Source: Octopus vulgaris (lineage: Eukaryota). Taken from it: DNA of 64,000 bases. The notes beneath the pieces are model-generated. The model did no database searches. It saw only the letters and a program-made list of their open reading frames with translations, and was not told the DNA's origin. Of the stretch, positions 11,371-24,332 are shown piece after piece. How positions within the stretch are numbered: the stretch's first letter is position 1; each line of letters opens with the position of its first letter. The stretch covers positions 118,420,001 through 118,484,000 of the forward strand of contig OX597816.1 of the NCBI GenBank assembly GCA_951406725.2. The letters run 5' to 3'. The position numbers and the translations under genes are program-made.

Positions 11371-12329
11371 TATATATATATATATATACACACACATACA
11401 CACACACATTCGTACATACATCCATACAGACAGACAGAGGTATGGAGAGAGCATGTGTGTGTAAAGATAGAAACACAGAGAAATGTAGAGTGAGTGGCAG
11501 GAAAGACATTAAGTGGTAATAAAGTAAGCAGTTGGTTCCAAGAAGCATAATTTATCGTGTGGTAGTGAGTGAGGCAACTTGAGTGGTTTATACATAGATT
11601 TTGACAATTAAACAGCAGTTGTATTTCTTGATTTTTGCTTTTTGTTTATCATGCAGTATTCTTAGTTAACTCTTGATACCAATCAACCAGAGGCCACATC
11701 TGGTTCATTGATACAAAAGCAGCCTGTTTTTAAAGTGTTCACAGTTAATTTAAAACCTTTCATCACACTTTTATGCAAGAATCTTTCATGAAATTATGTT
11801 CCAAAATATCTGATTTATTTATTCTACCCTGTTCAGATTCTGGATTATTTTCGAAAAATACTGAAGCTCTAGAAGAACATTAAGTTCAAATCTCATAGGG
11901 CTCAATTTAGATCTTTCTGAAGTTGGTAAACCAAAGAACAGTCAAGTACAGGGGTGTGTTTTGATATACTTGACTGTACCTCTACCTCTCCTAACAAAGG
12001 CCTTTATCACTATGCTCATTATCATATGTAATTCCAAATTCTCAAAACTTGGATTGCTTTCTCAAGTTTTCAGAAGATTCAAATATATCAGAAGGGTTTC
12101 CTGACTTTTCTAATATCAGAGACACTGTGACTGCATTCCTGTTACCCTCTCACAGTGCAGTAGGACAAAGAAAGGGAAGTGGGGGTTATACTGAAGTTAT
12201 ATTTTCATTTATCAATTCTGAAAGGATGAAAAGCCAAACTGACCTCAGCAGAATTTGAACCAAAATGCTCAAATGATTCTGTTAATTTGCTACCTTCACT
12301 ATTATTAATTCTGCTTTTGCATTTGTGTC

Positions 12330-14115
12330 CTTTGAAAGCTGATCCTTAGGATTCATTTATGTTGCATTCCTAGCAATAAATGGACGTTACTTTCCATGCA
12401 GTTAAAAGATGTTCCTTTTTTTTTAATGCACAATTTTTGTGAAAGTCTGATCACTTTTCTTATATAAATAGAATGCATTCTAAGTATTTCGTTTTTATAT
12501 TTGGTTTGCAAGATTCTTTATATGAATTCATGTGTTGAAACATATGTTATTGTATCTGGAAAGAGTCATTCTCTTTATTATTTAACACACTCACCGGTTT
12601 GATTTCCACTTATTTACTTATTTTTTCTAAAAATTTTTGTTGCATCTTGCAACCTTTTGAATAATCATTGACTGTCCATTATCAGAGCTGACTACTTTCT
12701 ATGTATATTTCCTATTTAGTACTGGGGATGTTTCATTTATGAAGACATACTCTTGTATTTGTCTGAGTGTTAGGTCCTTCGGGTGCTTGGATAAAATGCA
12801 GATGTCAAGTTGACCCAGTGTGTCTCTATGTTGGTATAGTATGGAGGACTGTTTTTTGTCATCATATTGTCTCAAATGTTCATTTAGCCTCTCCACAATG
12901 CTTCTAAACATCTCGCATATATATATATATATATATATATACACCATGTTCTTGTACTTACAAGCACCCTCTATGCACCTTATGCTGTAGACTACATTTC
13001 TAGTTCTACAATTAATGCCAGGGTTAATCATACACACCATGCAGTTATCAATGGTTCATGTGGTATTCTCAAAGCAGTATGTCCTACATAGTTGTGATCT
13101 GATGGAACACCCTGGCTTTTCAACAATCTTAACTCATTAATGCATAGCATCCAAAAAATGAACACAGGAAAAATTACTAATTCTTGTTAAGTAAACTACC
13201 TATTAAGCTTATTTCTGGTATAGACTGCCTCTAAACAAGTGCTCTATAGTTGAGAAGGTGCTGCATACAAACAAACCAACCATACACACATACGAAACAA
13301 TAGTAATTTTTCCCTGCATCCATTTTTCTGGATGCTATGCATTAATGGATTAACATTGAGTTTGGCCTCCTTCAGAGCTTTCCTAAATTTTGGGGCTAGT
13401 TTTCCATGGTCTGTGGCCTCTACAAACATCACTCTTTGATATTTGTTGGTCTTGTACCATGTGTTCACCCTGTTTGCTTTGTCACAAACTCTCTGTATCC
13501 TATTCCAGTCTTCACTTCTATATCTAGGGCAGGTACCACTGGTTTCATTACATATAATGCTAACTTCTTTCTAGTTCCCCTGCATACCTGAACCCTATCT
13601 TTCTGAACATATCCAGAGAATTGCATGCAGTGCATGAAGTTCTGTACATGTTCCTTTATTTCAAAGGGTTTGCATAGTGGGGACATGTTCGTTATCTTAA
13701 GTCTGCTATCAGTATGTTAATTTTCATATTGTGCAACAAAGCTGAGTTCTTGTGAACAACATAATTAGAAGCTATGGGTTTCATGTAATAGGAGTGGAGG
13801 AGCTGCACTCTGTTGTTCACAGTTACTAACCAAAGTTCAGTATCAAGGACAGGGAATCTATTGATAGGGTTTCTAGTGGGGTAATCTGTAGTTACTTTGA
13901 TACTTTGGTGGATGGAGTTAGCTATGTGCTGGATGCTCTCCATTATGCTCCCCTTGGTTTCTACATAACAGTTACTAGAGTTTGTCCTAACTAGAATATT
14001 AATGTCATCTACATACCTACAGTAAAGCAAAACAGTTGTGGATTGTTTTGCCAAGGACTGTTTAAGTTTTCTGCCCCCACCAGGTCATGAAGAGGCCGGC
14101 CACATCTCCAGCAGA
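12330..14115 (-). mobile_element. Decayed Penelope-like element (RT C-terminal half, linker, GIY-YIG endonuclease, 3' region)
   Basis: GDVAGLFMTWW, RYVDDINIL, PVLDTELW, YYMKP; GIY-YIG domain CRTRNVVYSIRC...VY(IY)nICE..RS..ERLNEH...LRQIQE...P.LNRK. Multiple frameshifts. Confidence 0.9.
13133..13349. mobile_element. piggyBac-type MITE (~50-bp TIRs, TTAA TSD) inserted in the Penelope ORF
   Basis: TTAA 13129-13132 and 13350-13353; TIR c(t/c)cattaatgcatagcatcca.aaaaatg...ggaaaaattacta. Removal restores KLNVKIVEKPG. Confidence 0.9.
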
Positions 14116-14149
14116 TTTAAAAGATTTAGAATCATGAGAGTCTAACTCT

Positions 14150-14320
14150 TGACTCTGTGATAGCTATCATTGTTATTTACCCCAGGACAAACCTGACTAA
14201 GCAGATTCCTAGTCAAAGGTGTTTCCAATATGAACATTTCCAGTACATTAAGATATAATTTAAGGAAAATTTTGGTTGCTATTTCCAGCACATCAAACAA
14301 ACTGACAGTTGGCTCCTAAC
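14150..14320 (-). repeat. Dispersed repeat family E (gaaatagcagccaaatct...gacctggggctaaacaacaac)
   Basis: Related copies near 17730-17885, 20770-20925, 27655-27960, 28330-28510, 34440-34620, 34970-35160 and 62720-62925. (CAA)n-like tail suggests a SINE or LINE 3' end. Confidence 0.6.
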
Positions 14321-14714
14321 ACAGGTTATAATCCCAAACGATCAAGACAGCAACTAAAAGTAATGCTTACGTACAGATTACATCATGTGTGGTGAAATTT
14401 ATAACCAACCTTTCCCCCAATCCTATCTTGACCTACATATTTCTTGTAGGTAACAGAGAAACAAAACTTGTTTGTGTATATTCAGGAGTTTTGTCCACAT
14501 TAATTTACTTACTTCACTAGGTCAACAGGAATTCAAGAAATTCCTTTTTGACAAGTACAACAGCTGTTGTAACCAAACACAAACAAACTATTTTCAAAAT
14601 TCACTCAGCTGACTGACATTAAAATATGCACTAAATGCAAAATGCGCAGAAGCCTGCATATATATGTATAATTATTATGGCGCCTTATCAATCATTATAA
14701 TTTAGTGTTAGAGG

Positions 14715-15435
14715 AATAAAGGCAACAAGCCGGACAAAATGCTTAGCAGCATTTCTTTTAGCTTTACATTCCAAGTTCAAATTATACCAAGATTGACTTA
14801 GCATTTCATATTTACAGACTCAATAAAAGAACTACCTATTGAACATTGATGTGGGGCATAATCAATTATACCTCATCAAAAAATTTCAGAACTTGTGCCT
14901 ACAGTAGAATGAATTATTATTATTGTTATTATTATAAAGAAAAGATCATTTATTATTATTATTATCATTATTAAGGCAGGAAACTGATAGAATCATTTGT
15001 ATGCTGTATGAAATACTTACTGGTATTTCGCCCATCGCTACATTCTGAGTTCAAATTCCACCAATGTCAACTTTGCTTTTCATCCTTTTGGGGTTGATAA
15101 ATTAAGTACAAGTGAAAAACTGGGGTGGATGTAATCAACTCATCCCCTCCCCCAAAATTGCTGCCCTTGTGGCAAAATTTGAAACCATTATTGTTATCAT
15201 CATCATCATCCAAGGCAATGAGCTGGCAAAATCATTAGCACTCTAGACAATATGCTTAGTGGCATTTTGTCTAACTTTACATTCCAAGTTCTAATACTGC
15301 CATGGTCAACTGTCTTTTGTCTTTGTGGAGGTCCGATAAAATATGTACCAGTCAAGTACTGGGGTTAGTGTAATCAACTAACCCCTTCCCCAAAAATTTC
15401 AGGCTCTGTACCTATAGTAGAGAGGATTATTGTTA
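14715..15435 (+). mobile_element. Three tandem SINE family C copies (about 14715, 14972, 15211)
   Basis: Repeated cattc(t/c)gagttcaaattc...tttcatcctttt.ggggttgataaattaagtac motif, each copy ending in (ATT)n. Confidence 0.8.
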
Positions 15436-15464
15436 TTATTTGGTGGAATCATTAGAATATTGCC

Positions 15465-15850
15465 AAAATGCCTTGAAAATTACAAGAGAGATCTTCAATG
15501 AGAACATCCTGCCAGTAATAATTCACGGCAGTGAAACAATGAGCTCTCAAAACTACCATCATGAACACCCTCATTGTAGCTCAACGATAAATGAAACCAA
15601 TCATGCTTGGCATCACATTGCAGGATAAGAAAACCAACACATGGATACGACAGCACACGAGAATCAATGACCTCATAAGAACCACCAAGGTGAACAAATA
15701 TAGATCGGCTGACCACATTACATGACATAAGGACAATAGATGGGCAATCAGAGTGATGGGCTGGATGCCAATACAATGGACAAGATAGCAAAATGATCTC
15801 ACCTGTTACCTGGGGCCTACATGGTCACAAATGACCCAAGATTGACAGTG
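15465..15850 (+). mobile_element. RTE-clade LINE ORF C-terminal fragment
   Basis: FNENILPVIIHGSET...MLGITLQDKKTNTWIRQHTRIND...DNRWAIRVMGWMP. Confidence 0.8.
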
Positions 15851-16205
15851 GTGGAGGGGCTAGTTGATTACATTGATCCCCATACTCAACTGATACTTAT
15901 TTTATTGATTCTAAAAGGATGAAAGGAAAAGTCAACATTCACAGAATTTGAACTAAGAATGCAAAGAATGAAATGCCACTGGGCATTTTGTCCAGTTTGC
16001 CAACAATTCTGCCAGTTCACTGAACATCAGCATCAGCAATAATAATAACAATAATAATCCTTTCTACTAAAGGCAGAAGGCCTGAAAATTTGGGGGGGGG
16101 GGGGCTGTCAATTACATTGACCCCAGTGTTTCACTGGTACTTAATTTATTGACCCTGAAAGATGAATGGCAAAGTCACCTCAGTGGAATTTGAACTCAGA
16201 ACATA
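15850..16205 (-). mobile_element. Two SINE family C copies, inverted relative to 14715-15435
   Basis: Plus strand shows aaaggatgaaaggaaaagtcaac...gaatttgaact twice. Confidence 0.75.
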
Positions 16206-16548
16206 GTAAATGCAGGTAACATAACAGTTCCAATTTAACTGAGCATACATCATTCTGGTGCCCAATCAAAAGTAATGATTTGTTGCCAATGACAGGATTT
16301 AGGAATATGTTTGTGCCAAATACCTGGCATTAATATCTCCTAATTCTCTCCAGGAGTTCATTGAGTGGCTGAAGTGGTAGAGTGGTAGTTGACTAAATGC
16401 ATTATAGTACTTAATTCTGAACTCCTCTTTTCCAAGTTTAAATCATCGTGATCAATAAAATATGTATTAATTATGAAATAAGACATAATTCAAGTAACTA
16501 TACTTCTTAAATATTCATGAAATCAATTTGTTGCAGACCTTCCTTTAA

Positions 16549-16750
16549 CTCTTTAGCTTTTCAACAGGCCATATCTGGCCCAAATATTCTTCCTGTTTTA
16601 TGTTCAAACCCACCAGATCTAACCTCCCACACCTACCTTACAATGGCATTCTAAAAATAAACAATCAATTGTGAAGCTACTTGGTAATGCACTATTAATT
16701 CAAAACAACATGAATAAAAAGAATTACAGAGTAATTTGAATGCTAAATGG
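16549..16750 (+). mobile_element. MITE family A copy
   Basis: TTAA|ctctttagc...ggccatatctggcccaaatatt...tgctaaatgg|ttag. Confidence 0.8.
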
Positions 16751-18489
16751 TTAGAGATTGAAGATTAAAAAAGAAGTTGTTCTCAGATATATGAATACAA
16801 AGGAAACACTTTAAATAAGGTATGTCTCCCAACTAAGTAAAGGTAAGAGTTTTTTGAAATTTAGAAACATTGATTTCTTTTGATTATGTACAAACAGAAA
16901 CAAAAATGAAATATTATCCATGTCTTTCCAAGGAATATTTATGATGAAAGTCAAATTAAATGGCTCCAAATGTAAATTAAAACCAGGAATTAAGTTTCAG
17001 CTCACCAGAATCTTACAATTTGCTCCATGGAGATTAGATTACAAAGTAGACTTTATAAAATAAAGGGATGAACCAACATCTGTATATTACTGGTATTAAT
17101 TTTATTAAAAGACAATAGTAACATTTTATTTGACTTCAAAAGGAGGAACAAAGATGAAATCTAAAAGGTGAAGAAAATTAACATTAAAATAATAATTTAG
17201 ATGACCAAAGTAGAAAAAAGTACAATAAACGGTGCCTTTATCACAGTCGATGAGAATGAAACATAGCTGCAAGGTGAAATCTAGCTAATACAGTAGTGGT
17301 ACAATAATTGTCTGGCATTCTTTAAAGGCATAGTTAGCAGAAAAGGAGCAGAGCTCATTGGGTTTATTGGGGCCCTCTAAGACTAGGGATGGGGAAAATT
17401 ATCCTCAGACAGAAGACCTGATTCAAATGCTTGCAACAAGTGGATTTTGCCAAAGGTATTCAATAGCCAGGTCGTAGTACGAAACTGGGGAAAAGATGAA
17501 ATTAAGTCTCTCACCCAAAATGAACAGTCCTTTAAAAAGGCTTCCACACAGTTTCCATCAGCTAACTTTCAATCATAAGCCTTTGGTTAACCTGAGATTA
17601 TGGTAGAATACACTCGCCTGAACTACAATGGAGTCAAATCTAAAATCACATACTTGTGAAGTAAACTTCTAAACCACAAGATATGCTTACGTTCATATAA
17701 TCACCCAAGCTAATCTCAAGTCAGCAAGGGATGTCTACACAGCCATTTGATCTGCTTCAGAAGCCAAATCTCCTTCATATTGCTGCCTATCATCTTTAAA
17801 AGAAATTCTTGGATATACTATGTCTGAGAAATGCATTTCGTCATAGTGTTGCTAGGCCAGGCCTAACTGGAGATAAACAACAGTAACAGCAAATATGTTA
17901 GTCACATTTGTTAAATAGCTTAAACTGGTTAAAAGTAGTTGAATGTTGATACATTAACACCATATCTGATATATAACAGTCCAGCTATTTCCACCTAGTT
18001 TGACAACTACAGCACATGAATAGTAAATTCAAATGATCTTTCTGGAATAGTAACTTATCAACTTCAATTTCATATAGAGCTACTGAGAGTCAACTAATGT
18101 TGGTATTTTATACTGGGTATTCTAAATTGTTTGGGTCAGCTGATCATAAAATTTTGAAGTATTTCTAAAACAAATGTTCCTACAGCTGAATGCGATTATT
18201 ATTGCTAATCATTATAATTAGTAAAACAAGATTTATTTTATAGTTAAATTTAACAGGGTTAAGGACTGTAATACATTTTAAGTTTAAAAGGCAAGTAATA
18301 TAATTTATGCAGCAAAATTCTTCCTGTCTGAAAATAAAATAATAATTCAAAGAAGTTAATTATGAATTATTGAATAGGTCTTATAAATTCTTATCCATAG
18401 TGAATTTTTGAAGGCCAAAATATTGAACATTGCTATATTCTTCTTCAAGCAGCACTGTTAAATTATCTTCATCCTTTTCCTACACTTAT

Positions 18490-18700
18490 CATCATCATTT
18501 AATGGCCACTTTCCATGCTAGCATGGGTTAGATGGAACTGGTAAGAAAGAGAGCTGCACCAGGTTCTTATCTGATTTTGACTCAGTTTCTATAGCTGGAT
18601 GCCCTTCCTAACACCGAGCACTTGGAGAGTGCAGTAGTTGTCTTTTATGCATCCTGGCACAGGTGCTTTTATGTGTCACCAGCATGGGTGCTTCTATGTG
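18490..18700 (-). mobile_element. SINE family D fragment
   Basis: catcatcatttaatggccactttccatgctagcatgggtt...gctggatgcccttcctaac. Confidence 0.7.
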
Positions 18701-20139
18701 TCATCGGGTATATGGGTGGGCGGGCGGGCGTGCGTGCGTGCATACATGTCTCTCTCAGTTCTCCGAGGGGCTTAATTTTTGCAGTTTCTTGTAGCAACTC
18801 ATTTCCACAGAATTAACTGACTAAATGACAGACTGAAAACAACAAATTTATAACATGAGTTCTCCTTAAACTGACTAAAGAAATTAATAAACTCTGAATT
18901 TACAGTAGCCACATCTTAATCACAAAGACACACATAAAGCTCTCGCAACTGTTTGAAACAACAGTTGGATGGAAGTCTATATGTCAAAATTTGGAAGCAA
19001 TTATTTTCTTTGAAATATGCTTCCCCCACTCATTGCAACTAGTAACAATAGCAAATCATTGCTGCAATATTAGATATATTTTGATTAGAGGTTCATTACC
19101 ATTCTGGATCTAAACAATTTGTTTCAGTCTCCAGTGAAAGAGGGAAGTCATTCAAAAATCTCTTGATAGATGAGAGGACCAGTTTTTAGCTAAACTGCTA
19201 ATAAATAGTACTACAGACTGAGTGAGTCAATGACTGAAGCCTTAAGTCACTGGACTGGAAGAGGTTATAAATCAAATTCAACTTGATAAATAGATCAAAT
19301 TCATTTAGAAAGTAAAAGAAAATGACTGTCTGCTAGCTACATCACACACACACACACATTTATATGTTTGTATTTGTAAAAAAGAATATCAATGGAGAAA
19401 CTGAAGCCGGTTTAGTTAATGCAATTGATTTCTTTTATATATTTTTTTTATTTTTTATTTTTACATTATGATATAAAAAAAAAAAAACTTTATTGATAAT
19501 CATTAGACATTGCAAAAATCTCGCAGCAAAACAAAATGGATTGTAGGTTGTGAGCATTGCACTCAAATTGCTGCTAGATAGTTACTATAAATGGATAAAT
19601 AGAAAACTTGCTCATTTTCCTTTTTCCCTGTCTTATTGTTTGTTGGTTGCATTGTGTGTGTGTGCATGGGTATTCTAACATGTGCAGACACACACACACA
19701 CATGCAAACAAAACATATGGTTGCATGTTTTCAGAGGAAAAAAAAACAAAAAGAAAAAACAAATTTATAATGTCAGGATTTATAGCATCATGTTTATGTA
19801 TGGGATCGCACAACCACAAGGCAATGCTAGATTCTTTTTTGTTGCTCTTTTTGTTTTAAATAATCCTTATTCTAATGATCATCACCTTTATCATCATTAT
19901 CAGCAGTACTATCATTGTTGTCGTCATATTATTATTTCTAATATTATTGATGTTAATTATTCAGTAGTAAACAATTGCTGCTTCAGTTATTAATACAATA
20001 AACAGCTTTCTAATTATATAGTGAGTCAATGCCTCAAAGTAAATTGAAAACCAATTGCATTTTATACAACAGCAAAATACAGGGACAAAATAGAAAAGGC
20101 TCAATATGTAAACTTTTGTAGCAGTGAGATGACTATAAT

Positions 20140-20380
20140 GAATGGGGAATGAGAGAGAGAAATAGAAAGGGAATGAGAGAGGAAGGGAGAAAAGAGAATA
20201 AAGGAGAGGGGGAGACTGGAAGGAAGAGAGATAAGAAATAAAGAGACTAGAGAGACAAGGATGGAGAAAAGCTTCGAGGGAAGGAAGAAGGCAGGCAGAG
20301 AGAAAGGCTAAAAGAAAGGAACCTATGCAAGGTAGAAAGACATAAGAGAGAGCAAGAAAGAGGGAACTCAGGCAAAGACA
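20140..20380. repeat. Degenerate purine-rich (GA/GAA) low-complexity tract
   Basis: Nearly all A/G over about 240 bp. Confidence 0.85.
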
Positions 20381-21468
20381 GCCGCATGCATGCATACGCA
20401 TACACACAAGCTCTTGTAAATTCATAGATACACATACATACTCCAACAAAGACGCACAAATACTAACATATGCACACTTGCGCACAAACCAACTAATATG
20501 AATATATATGTACACCTGCAGACATTCTTACAAACGTGAACACACACACACATATGCAGATTTCATACCATTGATAAAAATAATGTGCTAGGCACTTAGC
20601 CCATGACATCGCTCTCCTCCAAAATGCAGCCCTCTTAAAATTCCTTCCTTGTTCAAATGTTTCCTCTACAGATATCAACCTATAGAATTTCAAGCTGGAG
20701 GAGGCTTTCTCAGATTCGTTGGTGATGTTGATGTTGATGTCACAACTAAATATGATATGAGTCAGTGTGGTTGAGAAACTAGCTAGAAATAGTAGCCAAA
20801 TCCTTAGCATATGAACATGGACAGGATATGTTATGAATACACTACATCTGATGGATACAGCTGGAATACATATTTTTGTTCACAAGTCTGATTAATGAGG
20901 GCTGATCTGAGACTAATCAACAATAATGAAATATTTGTAAAGAAAGTTGGGTTGGTAGGACAGTGCTAAGTTTCCAAGTCAACTGTATAGCTACTCTTCA
21001 TAGATGTAGCATATGCAGCTCTTTGAATGGTTGTAACCTTTTATAATGCTTAAATCATTAATGAAGACACCTTTAGTTACATATTGCTCAATATCAGGCA
21101 ACAGAATGTTAAAAGAATGCAAGAGTTAAGCTATCCAATTGCAACATCAAAGTCATTTCAGTCCTGATTCAGAGTCTAAAACCTAGCTCCCATATTTGGA
21201 AAGGAAATGTTGCCAATATCTAAATGAAATTTTGACCCAATTCACCAAGAAGCTTTTCTTGCAAAAATTCCAAATGGAATTTTTCTATTATTTCATAATA
21301 TTCTTCGTTTAGATTTCTACTTTAGCTTGCTGTGAATCATGTAAGTTGCCTTCAGTTTGATAATTTACACATTCAGTATCATTATAATGGACTACTGAGC
21401 CCAGCTGCACAAACCCTGTCAAGTTAGCCCTCCCTGTTATTTGATAGGGTCTTCCTTGAACATTTGAA

Positions 21469-21729
21469 CTCTTTAGTTACTGAATTTCTGTTGAATTACA
21501 CTGTCATTCCTTCAATTAATATTTTTTCTTTCAACTGTTTTCAAGTCAATTCTTTCAATTCAAAACTAATGAAGAATATAGTTAAATAATTCTATCTTTA
21601 TTAAGCTGTCGTTTGGAACATAGATTAGCTTGAAATTTTAATGGATAGTTTTAATCTTGATCACTTTTAAAAGATAAAATCTGTACCAAAGTATCAAATG
21701 TGTTCTCAGACAGACTGATGTTAAGAAAG
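21469..21729 (-). mobile_element. MITE family B copy
   Basis: Reverse complement of the 2792-3238 host, without nested insert; TTAA at 21730. Confidence 0.6.
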
Positions 21730-21828
21730 TTAAAGCCCACTCTAACAGCACTGTCATAAATCAGTCTCTGCTACTGAATAGCTTCAGATGGATCAAGCTT
21801 ATTGCATCTCAAATGAGTATAATAATAT

Positions 21829-21829
<1 letters not shown>

Positions 21830-21910
<81 letters not shown>
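21830..21910. repeat. (CT)n(CA)n microsatellite
   Basis: Directly visible. Confidence 0.97.
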
Positions 21911-21911
<1 letters not shown>

Positions 21912-22849
21912 GTAGGCTTAATTCACTACTTAATTTTAACATCACTACCTGATTCATGCTTTTTTTTTTTTTTTTTTAGTGGAGATCACTCAGCAATCCG
22001 ATGATACCATCAAGCCATTGGTCTGAGGAGGCTGGAAAATTTCATGGTCACTACCTTTCCAACTCTGACTAAGCCAAAAAAAAAAAAAATTAAGAAAACG
22101 TTTTTGAAATGGGGACAGATAATAGCTGTGCAGTTAAGAAATTCGTTTTTAAAACCAAGTAATTCTGGGTATGATCCCAATGTGTAACACTGCAGGCAAG
22201 TGCCTCGTACCATAGATCCAACGCAATCAAAACCTTGTTTGAGTAAAATTTGGAAAGCTGAAACTGCACATGTATGAATGTGTTTGTGCAAGTATGCTAA
22301 TAACAGCAATTAAAACTTTTGTGTAGCTTAATTTTTTTTTTTTTTTTCCTTGGACAACTAAATTTTATTAATGCATAAATTTATGTGCATGTGTACATAC
22401 ATACATACCAGGTGAGCTAGTAGAATCATTAGCACACTGGACTAAACGCTTAGCATCATTTCATTTACGTTCTGAGTTCAAATTCTGGCATGATCAACTC
22501 TACCTTTCATCCTTTTCAGGTTGATGAAATAAGTACTAGTTAAACACTTGAATTTGATTCCTATATAATCCCCCAAAATGAAATGATAATTCCACTTATT
22601 AAATGATATAGATCATCATTTAATTATTTCAATAAAAACAAACACTCAAATAATTGTTTCATCCGCCAACCATTTCCTCAAGTTTAAGTAGAAGCAATTT
22701 AAGGCCAACTAAATCAAATATATATTCTATTGGCCCAGGCTTATTTTATAGTCAATATTCTGAAATTTGTCAATCTTCAATGTAATCAACTTGCCCCTTC
22801 CCTCAAGATTCCAGGTCTTTTGCCACAGTAGAATGGATTTTATATATAT

Positions 22850-23235
22850 GATAACCTTGTACCTCCTCTACAGCAAGACAGTGTTTCAGTCACTCTGTCT
22901 CACTATAACCTTTCATCATCTGACACAAGATCTCCTCTGTCAATGCCCCCTCCTCTCTAAAAGGATTTTTGTCTTGCACATTACTTGGTGACCTTGCCAG
23001 TGCTTATGCCACATAAAAAGCATCCAGTCCACACTGTAAAGTGGTTGGTGTTTGGGAGAGCATCCAGCTGTAAAAACTTTGCCTGTGCTTGAGCTACGTA
23101 AAAAGCACTCAGCCCACTCTGGAGGATGGTTCGTGTTAGGAAGGGTATAAGCCATAAAAACCCTGCCAAACAGACACAGAAGTCTAGTGCAGGCTCCTAC
23201 CTAGCTAGCTCCTGTCAAACTGTCCAACCCATGGA
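22850..23235 (+). mobile_element. SINE family D with two tandem Meta-like domains
   Basis: taaaaagcatccagtccacactgtaaagtggttggtgtttgggagagcatccagctgtaaaa followed by a second taaaagcactcagcccactct...ttaggaagggtat; RTE-like tail. Confidence 0.65.
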
Positions 23236-23272
23236 TGATGGTGCATAAAATCCATTCTACTGTAGGCACAAG

Positions 23273-23311
<39 letters not shown>

Positions 23312-23316
23312 CATGA

Positions 23317-23550
23317 AATAATGAATTCAATCCAAATAATGATATTTTGAATGTGTTTAATACGTATGTTTCAGAAAATTGCACAATAGATACAACAAAA
23401 TTCATCTTTTATACAAGATCTTCCTCAGTTAAGACATTTCAAGGAAGATCTTGTATAAGAGAAGAATTTATTTTTATCTATTGCATAATGATCTGAAACA
23501 TGCATATTAAATGCATTCAAAGTATCATAACTTAGTTTGACTTCATTATT
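23317..23550. repeat. Imperfect ~234-bp palindrome (hairpin MITE-like)
   Basis: Arms of about 110 bp; core ttatacaagatcttcct / aggaagatcttgtataa around a 16-nt loop (23426-23441). Confidence 0.85.
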
Positions 23551-23564
23551 ATATATTATATTAG

Positions 23565-23785
23565 GGTAGCATGCTGGCGGAATTGTTAGCACACTAGGCA
23601 AAATACTTAACGGTATTTCATCTGCTGCTACGTTCTGAATTCAAATTCCACCGAGGTCAACTTTGCCTTTCATCCTTTCAGGGTCGATGAAATAAGTACC
23701 AGTTACACACTGAGGTCGATGTAATTGAAAAGCCTCCTTCCCCAAAAATTTTCAAAGCCTCATGCCTAGAGTAGAAATAATTATT
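23565..23785 (+). mobile_element. SINE family C copy
   Basis: gttctgaattcaaattccaccgaggtcaactttgcctttcatcctttcagggtcgatgaaataagtaccag. Confidence 0.85.
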
Positions 23786-24245
23786 ATATATTATATTACT
23801 CCAAGCCAGTACAAGCTAGCCAGTATTTATTCCACTTACACAGATACTCTAACAAGGATTTGTAGAGGTTTGTTCTATTCAACTTGAGTCAGAAAATTCC
23901 AGAAACATGCATCACATCTAAGCATATGGTTAAAGTGATGCTCATATTGAAATTCTAAGATTTAAATGCTTTCAGGATTTAACATTTAAAATATTAATGA
24001 CACTTATGACATTACAAGTTATGAAGATAAAAATAATTTTTTTTTAATGAAAACTGTTGAGATAAGGGAAATACACATAGTATGCAAAGGACAAGAAGAA
24101 AAAAGAAAGATTAAAACAAAGAAAAAAAAAGGATAGGAGATGGAATGGTAGAAAGGTGAAAAGAGAACTGAAGGGGATTAAGAAAAGGTAGGTAGAATTT
24201 GTCTGCATGAAACATTTGCTAACTTAAGATATATTGAGATAACAG

Positions 24246-24248
<3 letters not shown>

Positions 24249-24332
<84 letters not shown>

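Noticed and set aside
18050-18330. Strong minus-strand acceptor attttattttcag at 18328
   Set aside because: No clear paired donor or ORF; insufficient evidence without RNA data.
19961-20515. 184-aa hydrophobic ORF resembling a membrane protein
   Set aside because: Translation of the CT-rich low-complexity strand plus TG repeats.
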